Assembly: GCF_011386835.1 (NCBI RefSeq) | Contig: NC_088793.1 | Location: forward strand, 115,692,001-115,756,000 | DNA from: Chrysemys picta bellii | Lineage: Eukaryota | Direction of reading: 5' to 3' | DNA: 64,000 nt | Shown: in pieces, positions 1 to 13,380 of the stretch | Layout: each line of letters opens with the position of its first letter | Position numbering within the stretch: position 1 is the stretch's first letter | Notes under the pieces: generated by a model | Database searches by the model: none | Told to the model about the DNA's origin: nothing | What the model saw: the letters and a program-made list of their open reading frames with translations, nothing else | Made by a program: the position numbers and the translations under genes

Positions 1-1383
1 GTGAAAATCACAGTTGGCAATAATGTACAGCCTTTTGGATAAGATCAGTGAAGCCATCAATGATTAGAGGCACCTTAAGACTACGTTACTCCCTTAACTC
101 TGCATATGGTCCTTCTAGAACTGGGCTAAGGCACACTGGTGAGTCAGAGTGAGGAAGTTTTCTCTCCCCATGCTACATGTGTTCTGTGGACTTCTATTGT
201 CAGTGTTCTCAAAAGCACAGAATTCACTGGAAACTAAATATTATCATCCATAACATATGCTATTTTCATTGTGGGCAAAAGGAAAGAATTTCAAGTATAC
301 CGTTTAATAGAGACTATTTTTAGAGTGATTTAAAAACTGATATTTCTCATGACACCAGGCAGTTCAGTAAGGAACTTCTATCCCTCCTTCTGTGGATTCT
401 GTCAAAATGTTGGTAAAAATCCAGAGGTCTTCCTGAGACCTAATTCTTTTGTTGCTTTGGCAAGCAATAGAAAAGGTGACACCAAAGAATCAGTTTGTGA
501 AATGTATTGGCTTGCATTATTTGATAAACCCTTATGAATTAGTTTGCCAATATTGAAGCACTGTATTTTTTTTTTCTGTAAGATTTTAGGCGCATGTCAT
601 AAAAATGGTATGGATAGTCATTTTGTAAAGCTTTGAATTGCCTTGCAAAATCCTGGTAAATCCATATTATAATAATTCATCATTCAGATATTTATGAGCA
701 TCCTGAATAAAACAAGATGTCTCCTGCAGAAATCCCTGTGCACTGACCAAACATAGTTTTACATATATATTGGGTAAACTTTTCAAAAAGTGCCCAAGTG
801 GCTTAGGATCCTAAGTCCCATCGACTTTCTCTGGGAATTTGGCTTCTGTCACTTTTGAAGATAGAACTTAGGCTCCTTAGTAATGTAGGCACCCTTGTAA
901 ATTTTACAAATGCCTTTTTAAAAAAAGCTTAATATGTTAAAGGTTGAAAAGTCAAGCACTCAAAAATTAAGAAATGGCAGGATGTCAGGGCAAGCATTCA
1001 TTTTACAGCCTTTAATAACATGATCACAAACTATTTTGAAACAGGACTCCTCAAGCTCTCTACAGAAACAGTAGTATGCCTACACACAGTGAATTGTGGG
1101 TTCAGGGCCTTTGATTGGACCACTCTACTGGTTTAACTGGAATTAAAAAGGTCTCATGTTGCAATATCTTCACAGAACATGAATAAAAAAAACCAATTAG
1201 TAAAAATATTGATAATTTGTATTAAATTCATAATATTTTAGTAATGCTTCTTGTTATGCATTAAATTCACATATTCCTTGATTCTACTAACATCACACAA
1301 CCATCTTCCTTTACGTTTCTCTTTTTGTAATTTTAACTTATTTGCACCAAATCCTAAAGACCATTAAGGCCTCCTAGTCCCAT

Positions 1384-2469
1384 GGGTATGCCTGCACAGC
1401 CCTCAGCAGCAAGCCTCTAAGCTCGGGTTGACAGATTCAAGCTAGCAGGGCTTGCTCTACTGGACTAAAAATAGCTGTGTAGATATTGTAACTTGGTCTC
1501 TGTGATAAATGAAGAGAGGGAGGGGTAGCTCCCTTTTATGGACACCCAGCCAGCCAGTTAGCTACAAAATCCCTGTTAGTAGCTGTTCTTTACTTGCTTT
1601 ACCTGTAAAGGGTTAAAAAAGCCCAGAGGTAAAAGGAAGGGAGTGGGCACTTGATCGTAAGAGCCAATGGGAGGGCTTGAACTTTTTAGAATTAGGAAAA
1701 AAATTTCCCTTTGTCTGGTTGCTGTTGTTTTCTCCAGAGAGGAGACACAGAGCAGCAATGCTTTAAGAAGCTTGCGCCAGATATGAAAAATCATCAAATC
1801 ATACCTAGAAACTACTTATTTGAAACCCCAGATATGTAAGTAGCTCAGGAAATGTCTAGGAAGATATGATTAGGTTTATCTCTTTTATTTCTGTAAGGCT
1901 TGTGGATTCCTCTGTGCTAACCCCAGGTGCTTTTGTTTGCTTGTAACCTTTAAGCTGGACCACAAGAAAGTTATTTTAATGCTTAATCCTTATAAGTGGT
2001 TCTTTTTAAAATCTAGCAATAGTCTGAGTTTTTAGATGTAGTTTCTTTCTTTTTGTTTTTAATAAAATTTACCTTTTTTAAGAACAGGAATGGGTTTTTG
2101 TGTCCTAAAAGGTTTGTACATATGTAGTTTAATTAGCTGGTGGCAACAGCTGATTTCCTTTGATTTCCTCAGCTCTTTCCTGGTGCGGGGGTGAAAGGGC
2201 TTGAGGGTACCCCACAGGGAGGAATTCCCACGTGTGCCTTCCTGGGTTCAAAGGGGATTTTTGCATTTGGGTGGTGGCAGCATCTACCCATCCAAGGTCA
2301 GAGAGAAGCTGTAACCTTGGGATTTTAATACAAGCCTGGAGTGGCCCATATTAATTTTTAGAATCCTTGCGGGACCGCACCTTCTACACAAAGTGCCAGA
2401 GTGGGGAATCAGCCTTGACAGGCTCGGAAGCCCACCCCACTCCCTGCCGCTCACTGTGTAGATGTACCC
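1384..2469. mobile_element. Harbinger-type MITE split by the LTR above
   Basis: Left terminus GGGTATGCCTGCAC and right terminus GTGTAGATGTACCC resemble the GGGTAYGTCTACAC TIR seen in other copies here. Confidence 0.55.
1501..2420 (+). mobile_element. Solo LTR (~920 bp) nested in a MITE
   Basis: TG...CA ends (TGTGATAAAT...CCTTGACA), AATAAA near 2060, 5-bp TSD GTCTC/GGCTC. Confidence 0.75.
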
Positions 2470-3830
2470 ACTGAGGGTAGCTGTATGTGAACCTGACTGA
2501 TTTGAAAATGGTCAAGCTAGTACAATAGGGGTACTAAAAATTTACTCTACCATTCTACAATCCGAATCCACAGAGGTCCAGAAGGAGGTAAGAGGATCTT
2601 CACTTGGCATCTGAAGATCCTGATCTCCATGGAATCACAGTCAGGGAGGGAGGCAGGGAGTAAGGGTGGGCAGTCATCAAGCATCAAATAAGCTGTGTGC
2701 TATCCTTCCAGAGTTTGATCACTGCTCTGCATCCTTGCAGCTTGGGAGCATCATTATTAGTTCAGGCAGTCAGTGAATTTGAACTGGCAGAGCCACTTGC
2801 AGTTTAAGTAGGCTCAAGAAGGCATAAGTCTGTGAGTGATATGAGGAGCATGGTACATCTCTTGTTAACTGCAAATGAACTCAGTTCTGGTCTGTGACTA
2901 GTGCATAAAATGCGCTCATTTTATTTTCTTCCATAAAGGGTTAAACAGCATTTCCACTCACACGGCCTGTTAAATATTTTCTCTCTCTCAATCTGTGTTT
3001 TTTGGTCTACAGGTATTTGTGTGAAGTCTTAAAGTACAGTGACAGGGATGTCAATCACCAGGGCAATAACAAATCCATGTCTGAAAACAATTCACAAGGG
3101 CCACATATTGCTTGATAAATTTACTGGTGAAGTGAGGATGTCACACAACTCATAGTCCTTGATGTCATCGAGTGCATTTAGATGAATTTACTGGGATCAC
3201 AAGAGATATAAATAGGTGCTCTTGCTTCCTCCAGAGCTCCTGGATAACATTGAACTGCCAGTTGATTTAAATGCTACTGTCCGCATTTACAAAAGATGTA
3301 CAAAAGAAACGGAGTGTAGATATTACATATCTATACGTATATTCATTTATTTTATTTTATTTCTTGACAGTGAACTCAGACTAAATCAATGATGGAGGAA
3401 ACTTTTCAGGCTAGCTGTTTAGCCATGGTTAATTTACATCTGGATGGCAAATCCATTCTCCTTTCAGGGTCAGCTATAGCATAGATACCAAAAGAAAAGA
3501 AAAGTAATATGGGTCTTTAAATATTACTGCACTGGGGATAGATTTGCAAATAGTGCATGTTAACCGCATGGTTGATGACTAAGGTGTGGAAAATTGTGTG
3601 TCCAGCAAAGCATTTAGGCACATGCTTAATTTTAAGCCTGTGAATAGTCACATTGATGGTTGACTGGATTAGGATTTGCTCTATTATTGACTTCTGTGGG
3701 ACTACTCATGGGCTAACGTCCTTTGCTGACTCAGAGCCTAATTTCTTAAACCATGTAATTCCAGTGATTAAGTTTAGGAGCATAATTTGTGCCCTAACTA
3801 CTGAATGTTGCTTGTTAAAATGCTTCTTGC

Positions 3831-4993
3831 TGTGATGGGTTGGATCACAGAAACCCCCTTGGGGCTGCCAACTGATGTGCCAAGACTACTTCTGCCCTTG
3901 CTTTCCCTGCCAGCTTGGGACTCCAGCACCCTGTCTTGTTGAGCCAGACATGCCAGTCTGGTCCAACACAGACCCAGGGTCTGAACCACGTGCCCCAAAA
4001 CTGCAGACTTAACTGAAAGCAACTTAAGAAGTGTTCCTGTCTTCAACACTCAGATGCCCAACTCCCAATGGGGTCCAAACCCCAAATAAATCAGTTTTAC
4101 CCTGTATAAAGCTTATACAGGGTAAACTCATAAATTGTTTGCCCTCTATAACACTGATAAAGAGATATGCACAGCTGCCCCCCCAAGGTATTAATACATA
4201 CTCTGGATTAATTAATAAGTAAAAAGTGATTTTATTAAATACAGAAAGTAGGATTTAAGTGGTTCCAAGTAGTAACAGACAGAACAAAGTGAATTACCAA
4301 GTAAAATAAAATAAACCACACAAATCTAAGCCTAACACATAATAAAACTGAATGCAGATAAAATATCACCCTCAGAGATGTTTCAATAAGTTTCTTTCAC
4401 AGACTGGATGCCTTCCTAGTCTGGGCACAATCCTTTCCCCTGGTACAGCCCTTGTTCCAGCTCAGGTGGTAGCTAGGGGATTTCTCATGATGGCTCCCCC
4501 ATTGTTCTTTTCCACCCACTTATATATCTTTTGCATAAGGTGGGAATCCTTTGTCCCTCTGGGTTCCCACCCCTCCTTCTCAGTGGAAAAGCACCAGGTT
4601 AAAGATGGATTCCAGTTCAGGTGACATGATCACATGTCACTGTAAGACTTCATTATCCACTTGCCAGCACACACGTATACAGGAAGACTTACAAGTAAAA
4701 CAGAGCCATCTACAGACAATTGTCCTGGTTAATGGGAGCCATCAAGATTCCAAACCATCATTAATGGCCCACACTTTGCATAATTACAATAGGCCCTCAG
4801 AGTTATATTTTATATTTCTAGTTTCAGATACAAGAGTGGTATATTTATACAAATAGGATGACCACACTCAGTAGATTATAAGCTTTGTAAAGATACCTTA
4901 CAAGAGACCTTTTGCATGAAGCATATTCCACAGTACATTATATTCATACTCATCAGCATACTTTCATAAAATCATATAGAGTGCAATGTCATA
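3831..4993 (-). mobile_element. Solo LTR (~1.16 kb)
   Basis: TGTGATGGG...GTCATA termini, 5-bp TSD CTTGC/CTTGA, AATAAA on the minus strand near 4230. Confidence 0.75.
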
Positions 4994-7900
4994 CTTGAGT
5001 GTTAAATTAATGGCTACACTACCAGGCCTCTCTACTCATCTTTTGTTCTTGTTTAGGTATGAAAGAAGCATGGTACCTCCACCATGGATTGCCTGTTGAT
5101 GGACATAAAGGGACTCCTTACACCCACTGTGTAGGCATGTAAGAGGGCTCACGAATGAGCTCTTAGTGACTAATCAGTAATCAATGTCCTGCTTGACCTT
5201 GAAGAGGACCTTTACTTCACTGCAGTATTTGTAAGGCATTTAGTGTGATATAAGATCAAAGAGGAGAACTCCTGAATCAGAATCTCGTCAGAGGCAATGT
5301 AGGTTCAGTTGTTTATTTAAACCTGGTTTCTTCTGAATGCCACATCATCTCAAACCTCTGGATGGCACCTATATGTATCAGTGACATGGGGACTGACAGC
5401 AATAATGGCTCTATGAAACTTTTTTAGGGTCATTGCCTCTCACTGCTAGAGGCCTCTGCCAGGGGAAGGCACGGCATCAGGGAGGGGAACAAGGTCATTC
5501 CTGGGTGTCCATTTGGGAGAGACGCTTCTCAGCTGGGCGTCCTGAAGTTACTGAGGGAAGTTGGAGAGCAAAGCTGCACAATGCCAGTTCCAGCACAAAC
5601 AGGCTACTTTCACCACCTGATCTGCCACGGAGACTGCACAGCACAGCGCTGAACTGACTCTAGCAACGTGAGGCCTCAGCAGTGACTAACAGCACCAGAA
5701 AACCTGGACACCAGAGTGGCGTTGTCACGGGTTGCTGGTCCCTTTAAAGGGAGTCCAAGTCCAGGCTATGATTGATGAGCTAATTTAAAGGGAACATGCC
5801 CATCTAGATAGTTAATTAAACAGTGGGGATTCATGGGAGGTGGGCAGGGTCGACCCTCCCCCTCCTTCCCCTCCTCCTCTCCCTGATTTGCAGCTTGGCT
5901 TGAACTGAGCATGCTTACATGGACTGAGCATGCTCAGTAACACTGCTGAAGAGGGCTGCCCTCACTCGCCCCCCCTTCCACTATTGGCAGGCATGGGTCA
6001 GCTCTGTAATTAAATAATGAGCACCTCGACCAATTAAAAGGCCATCAGGGCTCAGTTACAGGGAGGTGGGCACAGACAGAGAAGCTCTCCTAAGGGAGTG
6101 GAGCTCTCAGAGGAACTCAGGCCCTAAGCAGAAGGGCTGTGCAACCTCTGATACCAAGGGGAGAGACTTTATTTCAAGTGTATTTGTATTTAATAAAGTA
6201 GAACCCCGACAGCAGAATTTTGTCTTATGCCCTTTTGGATTGTGCTGAGTGGGTCTGGAGAAAAGAGAAACAGATGCAGAGAGTGCCTGCAGTGCCACAT
6301 TAGGTTAGGAGGGGGCACTACAAAGCAGACATGCCCTGCAACAGACATGTTCCTATGAATTGTGCAAAAGGCAGAAAAGCCAGTTATAACTGAGCATGAG
6401 AAACCCCCACTAAACTCATCTCCTTCATTTTGTTGCATTATAACAACCTGAGGAATCCAACAGCATAACCAGCAAACACAGTGTAGGTTACTCTGTTATT
6501 CACCATCACTAGTGTGCAGAAGTATCTGTGATTATAGCTTGTGGGAGGGACAAATGGAGTGCATTTATTGTAGTTTATTTCTATTTCACTTGCTATAATC
6601 CTATCTAACCACTGACCCAAGTTCCTTGTCCTCCTCACCCTTATCTAATGAATAGGCAACCTTGTGTCTAAATCTCAATCTGGTTGCCTACAGTGTTTTG
6701 CTACTTCTGCAGAAGCTCTGCATTAAGTAATATTTGTTTGTTTCCTGGAGATTGCCAGGTGAAGGTACCAGGTGTTAATTTAGATTGAATCCAGAGGTAA
6801 TTTATACTCTTGCCACAATTTTAGCACATATTCTATAATCCCTTAGGTGTAAGAATGGCTACATTTACACTTGTGTAATTTCTGGGTCTGAGTCCTCTGT
6901 GCCTAGTGTTCTTATTGAAGGATAGACAGCCAGAATTTCGATGATATCATTCCCCATCAACCGGTTTCAAGTTTGACAGGTAATAATCTTTTCCCTGCCT
7001 TTTGAACTTTCCTCTCCTTTTCAACAAGAAACTGTAATGCATGATCTCTGAGTTTGCACATGCACCTACCTGTAGAGCTTCCCAAGTGTCATAATACTTT
7101 GATTTGCCAAATAACTTATCTATTGACATGGTGACATACAAAAGTTGCTGATAATAATAGTTTCTCACTCTGGTGCCAACTTACCTTTCTCCTACAGGAA
7201 GCCACCAGGGTCTGCCTTATAATTTACAAGATTCCAAATTGCAAGCAGTAGTAGATCAGGTCATGAGTTTTCTCCTTTTCAGGTCCCACTTCTGGCAAGA
7301 TTGGACAATTAGAATCATCTGCCTTTGGCCTTGCTGCTGGATTGGGGTGTTCAGGTCTGCTACTGAGTTGCATAGGGTCCTTCTAATCATGGATCCCCTT
7401 GCAGTTGCTTCTATTTCTTGTGCTTAGCTATGGCCCTGGGATCAATCCAGTGCCTTAAAAATATCTTAGCTACATTCTGGAAGAAGGGAATAGCACAAGT
7501 ACAGCTACTGATGTAGCTGGATCATTCATCTGGATCCCTAAGATCAGATCTGGATCAATGAAATTTGAAATCAAGCTTCAGTGCAATTACAACCTGGACC
7601 TTCCTAAGTTTGAAGGTATCCAAAATCTAAGGCTTGCTGTTCAGCTCATGTCTAAAGAGTAGTTAACAAAATTTTAGAATGTTCCTCCCTCAGAAGAGGA
7701 AACACTGCATTTAATGTGTATCCCTTCTGTACTGAATGTTTCATTAGTGTCTGTTAAAGACCCTTTAATTCTTTTGCACTTCCTCACTTAAGAAACCAGG
7801 GCGTACAATGATGTACATGTGATAGTTGTCATAATTATTGCTGTGTCGATTAATCTCTCTTTTTGTCTGTTGCAACTGAGTCTATCTTTTACTTCTCTCA

Positions 7901-10670
7901 TCCTCCTTCCAAAATTGTTAGGAATCCAATTAGGCGTAAGTTTATTTATGTGGAGTTAATAACGTGGAATACATTGATTGCAGTGCCATGTTCACTGGAA
8001 CATTTTTTAATGCTTTATGTGGGGAAAAAAAGGATAATGAGCCATTGATTTATCAGCCAAGAAGCAAATTAAACTAGATGTAGGGTTTTATTGTTTGTTT
8101 GTTCCAGTGACTTGTGGAGTTGAACTAACACTGTATTAGAACTGTATCTCTCTTGTTCATGATCACTGTAGAAATGGTTTCACAATTAATTTTAAAAATA
8201 AGATCAAAACTGAAATGTATTAAAGAAGAAACTAACAGATTGATGATTTCTTCTCTGTAGTTTATTTAAGTGAATTAATTATGTTGATTGTTTTTTTCTC
8301 AGCCAGAGTAGTGTACAATAGGGGTAGTTTAAGGTACATAGAAAGCTTCATCAGCACATCAGACTATGTCCTCTGCACTCTTTATACATGCATGCAATTT
8401 TAGAAAACATCTTTAGGCTGATTTAAAATGAAAACAATAGGAGTAATTTGCTTGAGACTGAAGCATCTTTTAGTTAATTTCCACAATCACTTTGAAATTG
8501 TTGGCTTGTGGAGTTTAGTCAACAGGAAATGTGGGATGGAGGGGTAGCTGGGCCAAAGGGTGTTGTGACCTGGCACATGGGGAGTCTATTTTTGTATGGC
8601 AGAGCACAGGGGAGTCCACCAGGAGTTGAGTTATCAGTGGCATCAGCTCATGCATTGTGTGAGTAAGAGAGAAGGTTGATTGTCAGGGGGAAAGACGAGC
8701 CAGTGCTGGAATGGGGTCTCTACCCATGGGAATCCAGAATCCCTTCCCCCAAGAAACATCTGAATTGGTACCACTGCTAGATTCCAACCAGCGCCATAGC
8801 AGAGGTGCTCCTTAGGGTGTATAGAAAGACCTTGGCCACATGTACAGTGGATGGGGGCTGGGGGTTCTGTATGCCCTGAAAATAGTACATGCAAATCAGA
8901 TAAACACCCAGTTTTCTCACAGAAATACAGTTTGTGCACCCACATCCAAAATTCTGTGCATGCAAAAGCGAATGAGCCAATGGGGCAATTTCTCGGCTAT
9001 GCCTTTCCTGCAATGGGTACAGGAAGAAGGGAGAAGGGTAAACGTGTCCTCAAGCCACTTTTGTGCATTCCAAAATCTGTACCTGGACAGAAGCCATCAT
9101 GGCCCTTAGCGCTCCTTGAATTTGCTCTGGATTGTAGCAGCCATCCATGGGCCTTGAGGTCAACGTTGAATAACTGGAGCCCAGTGTGCTCCAGCCATGT
9201 CGTCTCTGACCCCTTCCGTCTACTATCCCCATACAACCCCTGGGTTTGCAGCTGGGAGGGGCCCAGTGTAGAGCTGCTACATTGATTTTACTCTGAGCAG
9301 GGAAACCTACATAACAGTTCTGTCCCCTTTGTGTCCCTTTTATACAACCAGAGTCCTGCAAAAGGGCCACAGCCTAGGGCAGAATCTGTCCTGAGGGACT
9401 ACAGAGAAAGCATGGGAAAATGGAGACATGAAAATTTGAAAGCCACTTCTGAATATCTGGTTCAAAACATATGCTTGTTTATATGGTTTCTTCAAAGTCC
9501 CAAAGCATCTTCCCACAAGAGCTTGAATATATGATAGTCATACAGCTTAACTTGCTTTGAATACTTTAAAAGTGCAGGAAGAAAACAAGACTGTGTTTTG
9601 TTTTCACAGAAAAATAAACAGGTAACTGAGATTACATGCTGTAGCATGTTAAAGGCACATGCTATTGATCTAACCAGAAGAATGGAAGCACCAGGGCAAC
9701 TGCAGGAGGAAGCAACACATACTTCTACTGATGAAATTATCACTTCTTTGCTGGAGGCTGAAGATTATAACCCTCAAATTGGGAGAAATATGACCTTTAT
9801 CAGTGTGGCCATCATACTTAGCTCTGTGTTACCACTGCCTCCCTTTCCAGTTATTGAGACAAATGGAATCAAGTTAGGCTAAAGTAGTTAGCAGAAGAGA
9901 TAGTTCTGAAAGAAAAGTAGAAGCATTAAAGCCAGTATGTTTGTGACATGTTTTCAAAAGGTTATCTGATTGCCCATCTCCACGTGGGGTTCAAGCAGTG
10001 TGTGAGTGCGTGTACGTATGATATTCAAAGGGGGAGTGGTGGTGGTTACGTGAACAATGTGCTCATCAAAACATGGGCATGAGCAAATAGTTGTGGTAGT
10101 GACTGTGGTCTCAGGAACAGGCACGTTCCACCTAATCACACTGTTGTACAGGGTATGTTTAGGTCAAAGTAAAGGAGGCGTTCAAACAAAAGTGACACAG
10201 AGTTTTGGAGCAGTAGTGGGAGGGAGGGAGAGAGAGGACGTTGGGGTGAGGAGTGGAGGGGTGGCCAGTGGGAACAAGGTGCTGAGGTACAAGCAGTGAT
10301 GGTTTGCTTTGAGGGGGATGATAGCAAGAAATTAGGGGGAGAGCACTGGGGACACCACTGGAAGCAGCCACTCACCTGCATTTATACGCCTTTTACCTGG
10401 AATATTATACACTGACAGATTAGGTATGCACCAGCAATTGCGACACATTAATGGTGCAGTAGCATAGGTTAACAGCACATCAGCCTTTCTTAATGTGGGA
10501 GCATGACTGGGAACTCTTGGGCATATAATCTGAGTCCTGCACAGATTTTGAAAACTGTCCTAGTGTGAATACACACAAAGCCACTGTGCAAAGGTCTCAG
10601 CGGTGGGAGCAGAGGTTTTTATAGCATTGTCACTTCAAGATCCCTTATTCTCCTCCCTAACCCATCTTAC

Positions 10671-10692
10671 ATACACACACACACACACACAC
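10671..10692. repeat. (AC)n microsatellite
   Basis: Direct reading. Other simple repeats: (GT)n at ~16878-16893 in VIP intron 1, poly-T at ~34326-34348, poly-A at ~54227-54250. Confidence 0.9.
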
Positions 10693-11106
10693 TTGTACTA
10701 CCACATGTGTGGAAAGAGGGATGGGGGCACCTGCAGGGTCCTACTCCCTCCTCACTATCTCAACACCCATGTCTGGAATTCATGTTATGTCGATGGATGG
10801 TTTGGGGGAGGTTAGCATGTGCCTGCTTGTATTTTTACTGGTATTTTATAAGTCATTGACATCTTTTCTGGTGCTTCTCTTGTAGAGATACAGTATGCTG
10901 AAAATGCTGCTCTAGCTGCTGCTGGAAAGTGACACCCATGAACCAGCTCAAATGGACAAGTTCCTAGAAGCTCCTGGAACAAAAAGCAAGGGCACAGTAT
11001 GAAGAGTGGAGATTCTAAACAGGTCCATTGGAACACAACCTATAACATGCAAGAGATGACAGCACAGCACAGTACTTCCTGAGGCAGGGCTTGTGATGTG
11101 CTAGAC

Positions 11107-11418
11107 CAGGGGTAGGCAACCTATGGCACACGTGTCGAAGGCGGCACGTGAGCTGATTTTCAGTGACACTCACACTGCCCGGGTCCTGGCCACCGGTCCA
11201 GGATGGCTCTGCATTTTAATTTAATTTTAAATGAAGCTTCTTAAACATTTTAAAAACCTTATTTACTTTACACACAACAATAGTTTAGTTATATATTATA
11301 GACTTATAGAAAGAGACCTTCTAAAAATGTTAAAATGTATTACCGGCACGCGATACCTTAAATTAGAGTGAATAAATGAAGACTCGGCACACCACTTCTG
11401 AAAGGTTGCCGACCTCTG
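11107..11418. mobile_element. Non-autonomous hAT element (312 bp)
   Basis: TIRs CAGGGGTAGGCAACCT / AGGTTGCCGACCTCTG and perfect 8-bp TSD TGCTAGAC. Confidence 0.92.
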
Positions 11419-12254
11419 TGCTAGACATTTTACTTTTCTTTCAGAGCATGCAAGCCACTGAAACCATTGTCTTTTTATACAGTTGTTTAAAAAACCAAGA
11501 CTATGATAAAGTCATTTGTCATTTCTGCCAATTTAATTTCACTTACTTGATATGAAGAGGTGATAAACCTGGTAAGCACTGATGGTGACTTCAATGAAAC
11601 CATACTGATTTTCAGCAGCTGAAGAGTTTTTACCTAAGAATTTTTTTTAATACATCAGTTTCAGCACATTTCAGACATAATAAATAGCCTTATACACAAA
11701 AGTTATGTTAGCCAGAAATTCATAGCCAGCCAACAAATCTCCAGCTCTCCTCCAGAAAGTTTGTGGCCATTTTAGTTCACAGTATATGGTTGAGTATGCT
11801 ATGTGTACATAAACACCTATGTATACGAACACACACCCCACTTTTCCTGCAAATTTTTCCAAATTCTGCAGTCTTTCCTGCAATATCTCAAATGACAGTG
11901 TTTCTGCCATTATTCAGTGTTCTACAATTCCATTTTTGAGAAACTTTTTCTGATATTCAAACTAAACTTTCCTTAATTTAATTTCATCTCACTACTAGTT
12001 ACAGCACACTCTAGAACCCAAAATAAATTTTTGAATTATTTGGTGATTACACCCTTCAAATACTTTTGGACAGCTATATTCTTATTCTTTTGCTTGCCTA
12101 AAAGAAGGTAAGATGTAGTTAGGTAAGAGGAATAAAAATAAACCAAAGGACCCTAGTTAATGTGGGCTCTTTGTTGAGTGAACGTAGAAGTGGAGTACTA
12201 TGCAGAGATATTCCTGTTGAAAACTCTGACATTTCATGGGATGTCAGCCGCAAA

Positions 12255-12410
12255 ATACTATCTTGGGTGGCAGAGGATGGATCATTTGATGATTCCTGTT
12301 CTGTTCATTCCCTCTGAAGCACCTGGCATTGGCCACTATCAGAAGACAGGATACTGGGCTAGATGGACCATTGGTCTGACACAGTATGTCCATTCTTATG
12401 TCCTTCTTAT
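12255..12410 (+). mobile_element. CR1 LINE 3' end fragment
   Basis: Typical turtle CR1 tail (...GGCATTGGCCACT...ACAGGATACTGGGCTAGATGGACC...TTCTTATGT). Confidence 0.75.
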
Positions 12411-13123
12411 CTTCCTGAAAATTATCTGTGCCCAGTTCTTAGTGGAAACTCCACAATTGTTATCTCATATTGTTTCCTGGTGGGTTTTCTTTTCCCATCA
12501 GTGGAAAATGCCCCAAGCCTCTGGATCCACCTAGATCTCAGGGGATCAGCAAGCGGCAACCAGCATTCGTGTAGGGACTGCTTGTCTCTCCTATGTCTCC
12601 TTAGGCAGTCATGTTTTCTTGTATGCATGGCTTGTGCCTACCCAAGTGTTGGCAATATGGAAATACAACACAATAATATTATTATTATTCCAAGAGGAGA
12701 TTCCAAAACACAGAAGAAGAAGTAGTCATTTGTGGTGGCTTCCCCAGCAGATTTTGAAGGAGAGGAGTCTGGTAGGGAACTCGACTTGCCACCCCAGCCT
12801 CCTCCTTGCTCATCCTGAAGATATCTACCCTAAAGAGAGACCTCTGTGGCAGGGGGAGAGAGGGCCAAGAGGAAAAGAGGAAGCATGCTATGGAAGTGAC
12901 ATAATCCCCTTCTGCACCACTTAGCCTGGTTTCACAGGAGGAAATAGAGGGTGGCATGGGGTCATCTTTGGAGAGGAAAGATAATCCAATCTGGAAAGAG
13001 GGTGTTAGCATGTCTTTACTTGCCTAAGCAGTGCCTCACCATCTACACTGCTACTTATACCTATTCTAGCCGTGTGCACAGAGTATGTATTCTGCATGTT
13101 GCCATAAGGAGTCTGCAGTATAA

Positions 13124-13380
13124 GGGTACATCTACACTACAATCGAACACCCACGGCTGGCCCAAGTCAACTGACTCGGGCTTGTGGGGCTGTTTAATTG
13201 CAGTATAGATGTTGAGACTTGGGCTAGAGCCAGGGTCCTGGGACGCCCTGAGTGGGGATGGTCCCAGAGCTCAGGCTCCAATATGAGGCCAAATGTCTAC
13301 ACTGCAGTTAAACAGTACCTTAGCCCAGGCCCCATGAGCCAGAGTCGCTGTGTGTGTTTAATTGCAGGTTAGACATACCT
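13124..13380. mobile_element. Harbinger-type MITE
   Basis: TIRs GGGTACATCTACAC / TTAGACATACCT with TAA on both flanks. Confidence 0.75.

Noticed and set aside
1-760. Possible 3' UTR of the upstream neighbour gene (MYCT1 in mammals), with AATAAA near 706
   Set aside because: No coding sequence or splice structure is visible; synteny alone cannot support the call.
8560-9370. Several overlapping 80-145 aa ORFs in a GC-richer segment, possibly decayed retroelement gag
   Set aside because: No recognisable domain motif or termini; ORFs on both strands suggest composition-driven chance. Needs TBLASTN or Dfam.
9950-10500. Minus-strand donor CAG|GTGAGT near 10376 with a short open frame upstream (possible antisense exon)
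   Set aside because: No convincing acceptor, partner exon or homology; such motifs occur by chance.
11450-11700. Candidate homologue of the VIP tissue-specifier element about 4.6 kb upstream
   Set aside because: Position fits, but I cannot match diagnostic motifs with confidence; needs alignment.
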